DNA of 64,000 nucleotides from a virus (taxonomy: Duplodnaviria > Caudoviricetes), in IMG/VR virus record IMGVR_UViG_3300010163_001518, positions 1-64,000 of that record. The stretch is one strand, 5' to 3'. Below are positions 44,408-53,651 of the stretch, one piece after another. Below the pieces are notes generated by a model. The model saw nothing but the letters and a program-made list of their open reading frames with translations. It searched no databases and was not told the DNA's origin. The position numbers were made by a program, and so were the translations under genes. Numbering within the stretch: position 1 is the first letter of the stretch; each line of letters starts with the position of its first letter.

Positions 44408-45372
44408 ACCTCGCTTCCTGCGCTGCTGCGCGCCGTCACGTTCCGGCAGTTCAGCGCCAGCTCGCAGATGTAAGTTCCCCGCCGCCAGATATGCCGGTCA
44501 GAGTCGATCCAGAACAGCCCCTCAAGCCCAGACGCCGCGTCTCGCGCCATCACAGTCTCCCCGGTGACCAGGCTGGCGTCGCCGCGAACACGCACGGTCA
44601 CTGTGCTGTCCAGGGCGCCGTCCTCCAGCAGGTATCTGGCCTGAGCGTCCACATCCACGCTGTCGCGCTGCACCAGGTGCCGCTCCATCTGCCCATACAG
44701 CTTCACTGCCTGGGCCTCCTGAAGGGTGCGCAGCAGCTGCCCGTCCTTGCTGTAGATCCCCACGGAATTCGTCATGTTGACGATGCTCTTTGTGGTGCTG
44801 GCGCTGTATAGATTGCTGTCCGAACGCAATACCAGGCTGCTCCTGCTCTGCTCCCGGACCTTCACCAGCAGCCCGTCCGGCGTCATCCGCAGGGAATAGC
44901 GTCTCCCCGTCCGCGCTTCAGCCAGCGACCACACTGTGGCAAAGATCATCGCAATGGCCACGCCGGAAAACTTTCGCCGCAGCTGTACCCCGGTGGAAGG
45001 CAGCGCCGCCACCGGAATGCCAAAGTCCGCGCACAGCCTTCTGGTAAACCCCTCCGGAGTCTCCCCGTCGCACCGCACGGTTCCGTCGTTGTTTTTCAGC
45101 CACATCCCCTTGTCGTAGGCATACCATGTCAGCAGAGAGCTTCCCGTCTGCGCCCGCTGCCACACTGCCCAGCCCTCAAACAGCCGCTGTCCCCCGTGGG
45201 ACAAACGCAGAAAATCCCCGATCTCCACCTCCGGGCCGGCCTCATGCCGCAGCGTGGTCACATCCAGCCGCCTGGCGATGGTCCCCTTGTCTCCGGACCA
45301 GGTCGCCTGCTCCACCCGTTGTGTCATGGAAAAGCTCCGCCCACCGGCGGATTTGGTCAAGATCAGTTCCAT
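44404..45372 (-). CDS. Baseplate hub (XkdQ-like)
   Basis: TWSGDKGTIARRL, FWIDSDRHIW motifs. Confidence 0.85.
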   Translation of the reverse strand: MELILTKSAGGRSFSMTQRVEQATWSGDKGTIARRLDVTTLRHEAGPEVEIGDFLRLSHGGQRLFEGWAVWQRAQTGSSLLTWYAYDKGMWLKNNDGTVRCDGETPEGFTRRLCADFGIPVAALPSTGVQLRRKFSGVAIAMIFATVWSLAEARTGRRYSLRMTPDGLLVKVREQSRSSLVLRSDSNLYSASTTKSIVNMTNSVGIYSKDGQLLRTLQEAQAVKLYGQMERHLVQRDSVDVDAQARYLLEDGALDSTVTVRVRGDASLVTGETVMARDAASGLEGLFWIDSDRHIWRRGTYICELALNCRNVTARSSAGSEV

Positions 45373-45373
45373 T

Positions 45374-46036
45374 TCAGCCTCCCAGCAGCACGGACTCCGC
45401 CGGCACAGTGATCGTGCGTCCCGGATAGATCAAATGCGGATTGGCAATGCCGTTGTACTTTGCCAGCGCGTTGTAATAGGTCGCACTGCTCTTGCCATAG
45501 TACCGGCGGCAGATAGCAGACAGGGTATCCCCCCGGACAATGGTGTACTGCTGCTGAGCCGTCTGGTCCTCCCGCTCCCGGCCGGAACTGTCCCCTGCGC
45601 CGTCGCCCGCGGAAAACACCTCCGGGGCCTCCGGATCGACAAACTCCTCCATGGAAATGACGGCATAGATATCTCCGCTGCCATCCCGCATGCCATATCG
45701 GAATTCGCTGATCAGCACCCTGGCATTCACCCCTCCTCCGGCGACAATATAGCGCACAGGGGTCTTCTCCTTGGCCCATTTCTCAAACAGGGCCACATAG
45801 CTCATGGGATTCGAGGACGCCCCCGGCTGCATGAAGGGATAGTTATGGGCCGGGAACATGCACTCCAGCTTCCCGCTGTGCCGCCGCACGGGCCCGGGGA
45901 GCACAACTTCACCCAGCTCTGTCAGCGTCAGCCGCTCCACGCTTTTCCCCACCGACCACTCGTACTTTTCCGGGGTAACCGGAAGAACGGTCGTCGTACT
46001 GTTTGGGCCCAAAAAGCAAAAGCTCATCCCCGCCAT
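45374..46036 (-). CDS. LysM-domain tail protein (XkdP-like)
   Basis: YTIVRGDTLSAICRRYYG...IANPHLIYPG. Confidence 0.9.
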   Translation of the reverse strand: MAGMSFCFLGPNSTTTVLPVTPEKYEWSVGKSVERLTLTELGEVVLPGPVRRHSGKLECMFPAHNYPFMQPGASSNPMSYVALFEKWAKEKTPVRYIVAGGGVNARVLISEFRYGMRDGSGDIYAVISMEEFVDPEAPEVFSAGDGAGDSSGREREDQTAQQQYTIVRGDTLSAICRRYYGKSSATYYNALAKYNGIANPHLIYPGRTITVPAESVLLGG

Positions 46037-46039
46037 TGG

Positions 46040-48070
46040 CTATCCCCCCATTCTCGCCAATTGGATCCGTGCCAGCAGCTCTGCCGCCACCCGGTCCACA
46101 TCGGCCTCTTCCCGCACTGCCAGCTCCTGCACCGTGATCTGGATGGGCGCCGCCGCGCTCTGGCCTCTGGCCTCTCCGGCAGTCAGTACCCGCTCCCCCT
46201 CGTGCAGCAGCGCCGGGAAATTATCATAGGGGACCCGCCCCAGCCCGGTGGCATATCCCCGCACCCGGTATGGCGAATTTGCCCCGGAAAACGCCCGGTC
46301 TACCGCCCCGGGATCCCATGCGCCGCCCAGCTGGCCCTTGGTCTTCGCCTGCTGAAGCTCAAAGGCGTTGCTCCATCCGCTCAGCGCCGCCGTATTATCC
46401 CGCAGCGCCTCAATCTGTTCTTTGCTCACGTCCTGAAGGGTCTTCACCATTTCGCTGGAGTCATAGGCGGCGGTGGCCATCGCCTCCGCCTGCTCCCGCA
46501 GCGACTCCATCTCCATGGCCGCCGCCCGGTCCCCCGTCTGGGCGTACCGCTCCGCGTTCTCCCGATAGGCCTCCCCCATGCTCGTCAGCTTCTCCGCCTC
46601 GTCCTCGCCGTACAGCGTGGTCCGCTCGCCCAGCAGCACTGCGCCCAGGGCTTCCCGGGTGTATTGCTCGGACAGGTTCTCCAGATAGGCCTTGTTTTCG
46701 CCGGCGATCTGGTTGACCTGCTTGACAGCCTCGCCCAGGGCCCCTTCATAGGCCTCCTGCTCGGCCTCTACCCCGCTCTTCCTCGTCTCGTTATACCCGA
46801 TGCCGTAGGATTCGTTTACATTGGCCATTACGTCGCCCAGGTTGTCTGCCATGGCGTCATAGGTCCCCATCAGCTCCTCCGACAGCCCGCCAAAGGTCTT
46901 CTCGATATAGTCCAAAATGGCCTGTGCCGCCGTCTCTCCGGAGATCTTCCCCTTGGTCACCATCTTTGCGATGGAGCTCTTGTTCGCTCCAGTGCTGTCG
47001 GCCAGCGCCTGGTACACGTCCACGCCGCGCTCGCTGAAGTAATTCAGATACTCCTGGGTGGTCTTTCCCGTGGTGCGCATGCGGCTCAGGCCGTTGATCA
47101 TCATGTTCACGTCCCCGCTGCTCAGGTTCAGCCCGGCCGTGGCGTCAGACAGCTTCTGCAGCACGCCGAACGTCTCGTCCGCGTCGTACGTGTTCAGCAG
47201 TTTCTTGCTGTATCCTGTGATCTCGTCAAAGGTATAGTTTGTATGGGCGGCCATGGCCTTTACCTGCTCCAGATAGTCCCTAGCGGCCTCCTCGCCGCCC
47301 AGCCGGTGGGCAAAGGCCTTCTGGGCCTGCTCCCGGCCGCCCGCAATGGACGAGCCGGCTGCGATCCCCTCTGCCGTGCGCTCCTTTCCTGTGTCGTACA
47401 GCCCGCCGTAGTATCCCTGGAACGCCTCGTCCCTGGCCTCATAGTTCTGCACCGCGCCGCTGACAAGCCCGGTGACGCCGCCCAGCGCCGCCCCTACGGC
47501 CGTACCGACGCCCGGCGCGATCATATTTCCCAGCATGGCGCCGCTGGCGACAGACGAGACCACCGAGGACAGGATGCCGCCCCCAACGTCTCCCCACACG
47601 CTGCCTGCAATGGTGCCGATCCCCTGCTGGAGCATCGGCCCGAACAGGGTTCCCGCCGACGCCGCGGCTACCGCCTCGATCATCGTCTTCATGCCGCTGG
47701 CCGCCCGGCTCTGGGCCGCCGTCTCTTCAAACGCCCGGCCCGTCCGCTGCATCTGCCGCTCCACGTTCCGGGCCTCCTTGTCCACCAGGGCCAGGTTCCG
47801 CCGGGCCGTCTCAAAGGTCAGCCGCTTCTCCTGCAGCGCCAGCCGGTCCGCCTCCGCCCCGGTCCGGGCGAATTGCTTCTCCGCCGCCCGCAGATCATTC
47901 TGGGCGCTTTTCGTGTCCACCTTCAGGGTGGACCGGGTCTTGTTCAATGCGTTCAGCTTGGCCTGCATCCCGTCCAGGTCTTTGGAAAACGCCTTCGACG
48001 CGTCCCGCATGGTCTTCATTGCATCAGAAAACCGGTCTGTGGCCTTGACCACAATGGATGCCTCTGGCAC
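46040..48070 (-). CDS. Tail tape measure protein
   Basis: 676 aa; AAHTNYTFDEI segment; VPYDNFPALLHEGERVLT. Confidence 0.9.
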   Translation of the reverse strand: MPEASIVVKATDRFSDAMKTMRDASKAFSKDLDGMQAKLNALNKTRSTLKVDTKSAQNDLRAAEKQFARTGAEADRLALQEKRLTFETARRNLALVDKEARNVERQMQRTGRAFEETAAQSRAASGMKTMIEAVAAASAGTLFGPMLQQGIGTIAGSVWGDVGGGILSSVVSSVASGAMLGNMIAPGVGTAVGAALGGVTGLVSGAVQNYEARDEAFQGYYGGLYDTGKERTAEGIAAGSSIAGGREQAQKAFAHRLGGEEAARDYLEQVKAMAAHTNYTFDEITGYSKKLLNTYDADETFGVLQKLSDATAGLNLSSGDVNMMINGLSRMRTTGKTTQEYLNYFSERGVDVYQALADSTGANKSSIAKMVTKGKISGETAAQAILDYIEKTFGGLSEELMGTYDAMADNLGDVMANVNESYGIGYNETRKSGVEAEQEAYEGALGEAVKQVNQIAGENKAYLENLSEQYTREALGAVLLGERTTLYGEDEAEKLTSMGEAYRENAERYAQTGDRAAAMEMESLREQAEAMATAAYDSSEMVKTLQDVSKEQIEALRDNTAALSGWSNAFELQQAKTKGQLGGAWDPGAVDRAFSGANSPYRVRGYATGLGRVPYDNFPALLHEGERVLTAGEARGQSAAAPIQITVQELAVREEADVDRVAAELLARIQLARMGG

Positions 48071-48085
48071 AATCCCACCTCCTTG

Positions 48086-48114
48086 TTGACAGTCCCTTGG
48101 GATTGGGTTATAAT
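48086..48114 (+). promoter_or_regulatory. Consensus sigmaA promoter of moron
   Basis: TTGACA-17 bp-TATAAT, perfect. Confidence 0.88.
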
Positions 48115-48131
48115 GAATTGAGGTGATTCAC

Positions 48132-48239
48132 ATGGATGAACATAACAGAGGAAGCAGCCTCAAGCCCCTGTTTATCACATGGGGCGTTATCCTCCTCGTC
48201 TTCTGGGGATTCGTCGCCCTCGGCGTCGCCTTTGGCTGA
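48132..48239 (+). CDS. 35-aa single-TM peptide (moron), antisense to tail operon
   Basis: MDEHNRGSSLKPLFITWGVILLVFWGFVALGVAFG; GAGGTGA RBS; absent from ORF track. Confidence 0.75.
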   Translation: MDEHNRGSSLKPLFITWGVILLVFWGFVALGVAFG

Positions 48240-48259
48240 TTACGCCCATATCTTCTTTG

Positions 48260-48290
48260 ACCGCCGCCCCTTCCGGGGCGGCGGTTTTTT
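48260..48290 (+). terminator. Intrinsic terminator of moron
   Basis: ACCGCCGCCCC-TTCC-GGGGCGGCGGT followed by T run. Confidence 0.88.
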
Positions 48291-48450
48291 ATCTTTCTGT
48301 CTGTGTCGCCTCATGGGAGGCCAGCGCCCACACCAGGTCCCTTTCCCCCTGTCTCATCCTCCAGTACGCCTCCGGCGTCCAGTGGTGTACGTGGAACAGG
48401 TAGTATACCAGCCCCAGTTCCGGGTCGCTGCCCTCCCTCAGCCGTTTTTT
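48289..48450 (-). CDS. Tail chaperone -1 frameshift extension
   Basis: Slippery A AAA AAC at 48444-48450; KKRLREGSDPELGLVYYLFHVHHWTPEAYW. Confidence 0.75.
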   Translation of the reverse strand, partial: KKRLREGSDPELGLVYYLFHVHHWTPEAYWRMRQGERDLVWALASHEATQTER

Positions 48451-48851
48451 ACCGTTTCAATGGTGCTCATGCGGTATCCGCACAGCCGCTCCACTTCCCG
48501 GGACAGGTCGGCGATCTCGCCCGGCAGCAGCATGGCCTTCAGCATCTCGCCCGGCGTCACGCCGCCGTACAGCTCCATCAGCCTGGGGTCCTTCAGGTCG
48601 GGCTCCTGGCATCCGGCCAGCAGGATGGCCACCTCCTGGTCCTCCTGCAGCCGGCCCAGCTCCTGCACCTTTCCATAGGGCAGTCCCCTCAGGGTGAACG
48701 CCACCTCCCTCCCCAGGGCCTTGCTCAGCCGCTTCAGCTTCACCTTCCGGGTGGGCGCGGCCTTTGTCGCGGCGGCCGCCTCCGGGCTCAGCAGCAGCTC
48801 CAGGACAGAGGGCTCCTGTCCCTCTTCCCGCCGTCTCATCTCTTCTTCCAT
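48438..48851 (-). CDS. Tail assembly chaperone (XkdN-like)
   Basis: EPDLKDPRL, MLLPGEIADL motifs. Confidence 0.85.
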   Translation of the reverse strand: MEEEMRRREEGQEPSVLELLLSPEAAAATKAAPTRKVKLKRLSKALGREVAFTLRGLPYGKVQELGRLQEDQEVAILLAGCQEPDLKDPRLMELYGGVTPGEMLKAMLLPGEIADLSREVERLCGYRMSTIETVKNG

Positions 48852-48866
48852 GTCCGCGCTCCCCCC

Positions 48867-49283
48867 TTACAGATCCTGAAGGTCAGAAAAGGTAAACGGG
48901 ATCTCCACAGACCCCAGCTTTGCCGCTTCCCAGTCCGCCGCCTTTACCTCGTCAAAGCTGACGCCGGACACGGCAAAGCGCTGCACGTTGGGGTTGTCCG
49001 GGTCGTCCAGCTTGCTGATGATCGTATGGCGGAGGTCTTGGCCCTTCGCCAGGGCGGCAAGCTCCCGCTTCATCAGCTCGTCAGACACGCTGTAGATGCG
49101 CACCGTGCCCGTCCCGCTCATAGACGTCATCTTGTGGTCTGTCATCATCTGGCCGCACAGGGCCACTTCCGTCTTGTTCTTCTTCACCACGGCTGTACAG
49201 CCGTAACAGGCAGCCACCACCTCGCCGTCCAGCCACAGGCTGCCATGGGTGCCGCTGCGCACCAATTTTGCCTCCATTTTCAT
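48867..49283 (-). CDS. Tail tube protein (XkdM-like)
   Basis: Start MKMEAKLVRSGTHG; ISKLDDPD, EIPFTF motifs. Confidence 0.9.
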   Translation of the reverse strand: MKMEAKLVRSGTHGSLWLDGEVVAACYGCTAVVKKNKTEVALCGQMMTDHKMTSMSGTGTVRIYSVSDELMKRELAALAKGQDLRHTIISKLDDPDNPNVQRFAVSGVSFDEVKAADWEAAKLGSVEIPFTFSDLQDL

Positions 49284-49297
49284 TCCCGTTCCCCCTC

Positions 49298-50359
49298 TCA
49301 GAACATCAGCACGATGTTGAAATCTTCCATTGCGTCCAGCAGCCGGCCCCGGAGTCGGATGAACACATAGCTTCCGGTGTTGGCCTGCTTCAGGTCGTCG
49401 TCGCTCATGCCGGACACGTCGGCGCCCTGCTCCTGCAGCCACTTCCGCTGTGCCGTCACGTCGACCTCCGCGTTCGAGCTGCCTTTCTCCAGCACGCCCT
49501 CGTCCTCCAAAGTGCCCAGGAAGGCCCGCACGGCGGTCAGCAGCAGACACTTGTTGTCATAGCTGTTGTAGTACTTCCCGATGTACTCGTCTTCCACGGT
49601 GGTCACCGCATAGTACCGAATCAGATCCACCGTCTCCACCAGCTTGATCTTCTTCAGGATCTCGCTCTCCTCCGGGCCGATGGTCACCTTGCTGGTAACC
49701 GCCCGGCCCAGCTTGCATTTTCTGCCGTCGTTAAACAGCACAAGCTTGCCCGCGTCCACCGCCGCGTCCAGCTCCGCCTTGCCCGGCGTGGTCACGTCGG
49801 TCACCTCGGGCATGGCGGCAAAGGTGGCGCTGCACCCGACCGGGGTACCCGCCAGCATTCCGGCTACCCGGCTTGCATACTGCGCCCCGGTAAAGGTCGC
49901 GCCGCCTGCCTGGATGCCGCTGGCCGAAAAATTGACCACGCCCTCGTTATCCGCCGCCTGGTCGGGCAGCACAGCCTTGCCGATATACCGCAGCTTCCGC
50001 TTTTCGACAATGGCGTCGGCCAGCGCCTTGCCCTCAGCCGCCTCCATCACAGGCGGCCCCGCCAGGTAGTCATAGTCGTACACTGTCAGCAGCGCCAGCC
50101 CGTCCACAGCCGCGCCGGCGGCCGGGATCACGGCGGCCACCACTTTGCTGGGCCGGTTGATATAGCCGGTCAGCGCCCTTTGGATATACGCCTTGTTATC
50201 CGCGCCCAGTTCCCCGGGGATGTCCTCCGCCTCCGTCACCACGTGCACGCCGTTGGCCTTGGCGTCCTTTACGATCAGCGCCACCACGCCCTGTTTGGTG
50301 CGCTGTGCGGCCTCTTTGCCGGCCGCTTCAAAACGGATCTTCAGATCAGGCAGTCCCAT
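49298..50359 (-). CDS. Tail sheath protein (XkdK-like)
   Basis: KLGRAVTS, KKIKLVETVDLI, DAMEDF motifs. Confidence 0.9.
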   Translation of the reverse strand: MGLPDLKIRFEAAGKEAAQRTKQGVVALIVKDAKANGVHVVTEAEDIPGELGADNKAYIQRALTGYINRPSKVVAAVIPAAGAAVDGLALLTVYDYDYLAGPPVMEAAEGKALADAIVEKRKLRYIGKAVLPDQAADNEGVVNFSASGIQAGGATFTGAQYASRVAGMLAGTPVGCSATFAAMPEVTDVTTPGKAELDAAVDAGKLVLFNDGRKCKLGRAVTSKVTIGPEESEILKKIKLVETVDLIRYYAVTTVEDEYIGKYYNSYDNKCLLLTAVRAFLGTLEDEGVLEKGSSNAEVDVTAQRKWLQEQGADVSGMSDDDLKQANTGSYVFIRLRGRLLDAMEDFNIVLMF

Positions 50360-50867
50360 CTTCGCTTCTCCTTTCTGTTCCGGACAGTTCCAGGCCTGGA
50401 AGGCCTTTCCCCGCCCCGCTTCCCATTAAAAAATGTTCCAGGCAAAGGGTCTTCGCCCGCTCTGCCTGGTCTTCCTCTGTCCCGTGGTTCTCGTCAAAAT
50501 ATTCGCACTGAAGGATCACCGCCGCCTCGTCCGGGGCCCGGCCGTCCAGCTTGGCCGCCAGCGTCAGCCTCCGCTCGCCCACCGCCAGCGGCCGCTGCAT
50601 CAGCTCCAGCACCCGCGCCTCATCCTCCATCAGCCGCGAGGCGTGGACCTCATAGTGCTCGTCTGTCTCGTCAAACAGCGTCAGCGCCATCGTCAGCTGG
50701 TGCCGCACCAAAAACGGGCTCACTACTGTCTGCGCCGGTTTGATGGAGTGCAGCCAGAAGGACGGCCGGGAAAACTCCGCCGGGCATACGTCCACATATA
50801 CCGCCCGATCCGGCCATTCCGCCACCAGAAGGTCGTTCACCCCGTTCACAATGTCTACAAACGTCAT
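50346..50867 (-). CDS. Tail terminator protein
   Basis: Synteny; FSRPSFW motif. Confidence 0.7.
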   Translation of the reverse strand: MTFVDIVNGVNDLLVAEWPDRAVYVDVCPAEFSRPSFWLHSIKPAQTVVSPFLVRHQLTMALTLFDETDEHYEVHASRLMEDEARVLELMQRPLAVGERRLTLAAKLDGRAPDEAAVILQCEYFDENHGTEEDQAERAKTLCLEHFLMGSGAGKGLPGLELSGTERRSEDGTA

Positions 50868-51322
50868 ACCGCTCTCCCGTCCAGCGCGCTCGCCAGCCGC
50901 TCTCCCAGCGCCTTTGCCTCCTGTTCAGCCAGCCGGTTCAGCTCAGCCCCCGTATCCCGGTACATGTACTTGCCGCGGACTGCCGCCGTCCGTACCCGGC
51001 TCCGGTATCGCTTGGCCTGTCCGGAGGGCCGCCGGATCCCGTGGCCCGACTCAATGGCATTGGTCACATGGCCCATGGAGTACCGGCTTTTCCCTCCGGC
51101 GGCCAGGTATTTGCCTGCTGCGGCCCGGACTGCGGCATATCCTCCGCCGGAGCCCTCATACACGCCCTGCCATCCGGCCACCCGGCCTGTGCCGCCGATC
51201 CGGACCGCCAGGACGGCCTTCGCCTGTTCGGCTATATTCCGCAGCGCATCCCGTCTCAGCTCCGGCATCGCTTCCAGCGCCCGGCTGATCCCATCCAGCG
51301 CGCTCAAATTGATCTCCTGCAT
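50864..51322 (-). CDS. HK97 gp10-like neck protein
   Basis: HVTNAIESGHGIR, VRGKYMY motifs. Confidence 0.75.
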   Translation of the reverse strand: MQEINLSALDGISRALEAMPELRRDALRNIAEQAKAVLAVRIGGTGRVAGWQGVYEGSGGGYAAVRAAAGKYLAAGGKSRYSMGHVTNAIESGHGIRRPSGQAKRYRSRVRTAAVRGKYMYRDTGAELNRLAEQEAKALGERLASALDGRAV

Positions 51323-51334
51323 AGTACCTGCTCC

Positions 51335-51431
51335 TCCGGCCCTCTGCCGGACCCGCGGCGTGTTGTCCCGCCGCGGCCCGGAAATAGGAGGAAATCCAAA
51401 TGCCCGGGCAAACGCCCGGCAGAGGGCCGGA
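51335..51431. other. Multi-stem structured intergenic element
   Basis: 16-bp perfect inverted repeat enclosing an 8-bp hairpin and further short stems. Confidence 0.7.
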
Positions 51432-51443
51432 ACCTGTCGCTTG

Positions 51444-52061
51444 TTAAGCGTCTTCTTTTCTCACGATCTCATATTCGTTTTTATAGGGGTCCAGGCCGTG
51501 AACCGCCTGCACTTCGTAGGGGCCGCCCCGCTGCCCGCCCAGCGTCACAAGGTCCCCCGCCTTCAGCAGGGGCACCGCCTTGGGCGCCACCAGCACCAGG
51601 GCGGCGCAGCTTACGCCGTGGCTCTCGTCCCGGTCATATGCCGCATACGTTTCGGTGACGCAGCCGGGAAAGCGCACTTCCTGCCTGGCCCCAATGGTAG
51701 GCCGGTTCCTGTCGTCCCGGCCCACCTCTCCCTCTGTCCTGGCCAGACATTCCGTCACTGGAACCAGCGCGGCCTGCCCTGTGATGCGGCCATGATCCCC
51801 CACCACCAGGCTGGTCAAAAACAGGTGTTCCCCCCGCCACTCCACCGCGTCATACAGGCTGATGGGCTGGGTCCGCATAACGATCTCCGCGTTCCTGGCC
51901 CCGATCCCTATGGAGGAAAACAGGTTTCGCCGTCCGTCCGGCGTCACCTTCATCCAGGCGGTGCGCTTCGTCGTCCACTCATACAGCCCCTTGACCCGCT
52001 CCGTCAGCTCAAGCACCCTGCAGCGGTCCTTCAAGTCCCCTGCGCCCGTCCAGCTACCCAT
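51444..52061 (-). CDS. Head-tail adaptor/closure protein
   Basis: AGDLKDR motif; synteny. Confidence 0.7.
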   Translation of the reverse strand: MGSWTGAGDLKDRCRVLELTERVKGLYEWTTKRTAWMKVTPDGRRNLFSSIGIGARNAEIVMRTQPISLYDAVEWRGEHLFLTSLVVGDHGRITGQAALVPVTECLARTEGEVGRDDRNRPTIGARQEVRFPGCVTETYAAYDRDESHGVSCAALVLVAPKAVPLLKAGDLVTLGGQRGGPYEVQAVHGLDPYKNEYEIVRKEDA

Positions 52062-52377
52062 TCCCCGCTCCTTTCCCGGCGGTGTCCGAATCGGACACCG
52101 CCGGTTCCGACAGCTTCAGCTGGTGGATCAGCCGCCGGGCCGCAGGGTTTTCGCTGATCACGGTCCCTGGAGTCGTCATATCCCGCCGGTCATATGCGTC
52201 CAGCGTCAGATAGCACACTGCCAGCGCGTACTGCGCCTGCCGGCCGGGATCCTGCTCCGGCTCCCGCACTCCGGCATTTTCCAGATACTGCTGCGCCGCC
52301 TGGACCAGGGCAGCGATCAATTCGTCCTCCTCCTCGCCCTCCACCCGCAAATAGCGCTTTACCGCCGCCAGTTCCAT
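52054..52377 (-). CDS. Head-tail connector (gp6-like)
   Basis: VKRYLRVEGEEEDELIAALVQAAQQYL. Confidence 0.9.
   Translation of the reverse strand: MELAAVKRYLRVEGEEEDELIAALVQAAQQYLENAGVREPEQDPGRQAQYALAVCYLTLDAYDRRDMTTPGTVISENPAARRLIHQLKLSEPAVSDSDTAGKGAGNG
52082..52098. repeat. 17-bp palindrome copy 2, GTGTCCGAATCGGACAC
   Basis: Arms extend to 10 bp (52080-52100). Confidence 0.9.
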
Positions 52378-52406
52378 GGCGCTCAGCCTCCTTTACCGCT
52401 CTATGC

Positions 52407-53651
52407 TCAGCCGCCGCTCTTGGGCAGGGTCGCCACCACAATGCCGTGGTGGACGATCAGGTTTCCGCCCACCATGGCGTCGCCCAGAATGGTATACATC
52501 CGCTCCACGCCCTTGATGGACTCATCCACCCGGATGGAATAGCCGCCGAACAGGCCCAGCTCATAGTTCATGGGGTCGCCGTACAGCATGGTCTGGATAT
52601 CCGCCCCTCCGGGGGCGGCGGTGGACAGGCTGGTCAGGTCGGATACGATGGTATAGGGGATGGCGTTGCCGCCGTCCTCGATTACGCCTACATTGGGGTT
52701 TCCGCCGTCGGGCCGGATCCGGTATACCCGTTCCTTGTCCCCGTTGCGCACCGTTCCGATGGCCTTCAGGTCGGCCTTGGTCAGGTACAGCCGGGCGTTC
52801 TGGCCAATGGCCTCGTCGCTGCCATAGGCAAAAAACAGCTCGTCCAGCAGGTTCTCGTCAATCCCCGCCACCTTCGCCTGTGCAAAAATGTCCGCCCCCG
52901 CCTGGTTTTTGGCGTTCTTCATGCCAAACATATCCGGGGACGCCTGGCCGTCGCCGTTGACGATCAGTCCGGCCAGCTTCCGGCGCATGGCCCGCATGGC
53001 CATGCCATGGATCTTGGCGTAATAGTTGGCGGGCGAGAGCCGGCTGATATTCCGGTCCACATAGTTGGTCACATTCAGCTCATAGGGGCTGATCTTGGCC
53101 ACGCCGAACGTGGGGTCAACGGAGTCGGTCCGGGCCTTGCCTGCGTTGGCACGCACGCTGCCGCCCTTGGCGTCGCTCTCCGTGATCACATAGGGCTCCA
53201 GGAACGAACCCATGCCGGTCAGGTCCTGGACATAGACCTGGTCCACAATAGAGCTGACCACGTTGCCCAGGGGGTCCCGGATCCGGCTTCCCGCGCCGGT
53301 GGGCTGCGCCAGCGCCCCCTCTGCCAGCGTCACGGCCTTGCGGGCCTCCGCCAGCCCTTTGCATACCTCCTGGGGAGAAAAAGACACGGTCTCGCCCTTC
53401 TGCAGCATCTCGCCCCGCGTCTCCGCCTTGTCCTTCTCTTCGGCGGGGTCGGCGGGCTGCTCCATAAATTTCCGGTCCAGCTCCTTCACCAGGGCCTGGG
53501 CGCGCTCGATCGCACGGTTCAGATTGTCCACCTGCTCCATGCTGGACTTGTACGCACTCTCATCTCCCTCGCCATAGGCTTTGTTTGCCGCCTCCAGAGC
53601 GGCGGTGCGCAGCTGCATCTTGTCGATCAAGTCTCGTCTGGGGTCATTCAT
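52407..53651 (-). CDS. Major capsid protein (HK97 fold)
   Basis: N-terminal coiled-coil delta domain; LYGDPMNYELG segment. Confidence 0.9.
   Translation of the reverse strand: MNDPRRDLIDKMQLRTAALEAANKAYGEGDESAYKSSMEQVDNLNRAIERAQALVKELDRKFMEQPADPAEEKDKAETRGEMLQKGETVSFSPQEVCKGLAEARKAVTLAEGALAQPTGAGSRIRDPLGNVVSSIVDQVYVQDLTGMGSFLEPYVITESDAKGGSVRANAGKARTDSVDPTFGVAKISPYELNVTNYVDRNISRLSPANYYAKIHGMAMRAMRRKLAGLIVNGDGQASPDMFGMKNAKNQAGADIFAQAKVAGIDENLLDELFFAYGSDEAIGQNARLYLTKADLKAIGTVRNGDKERVYRIRPDGGNPNVGVIEDGGNAIPYTIVSDLTSLSTAAPGGADIQTMLYGDPMNYELGLFGGYSIRVDESIKGVERMYTILGDAMVGGNLIVHHGIVVATLPKSGG

Noticed and set aside
45254-48121. 955-aa plus-strand ORF
   Set aside because: Antisense to the tape measure and LysM genes; shadow-frame composition.
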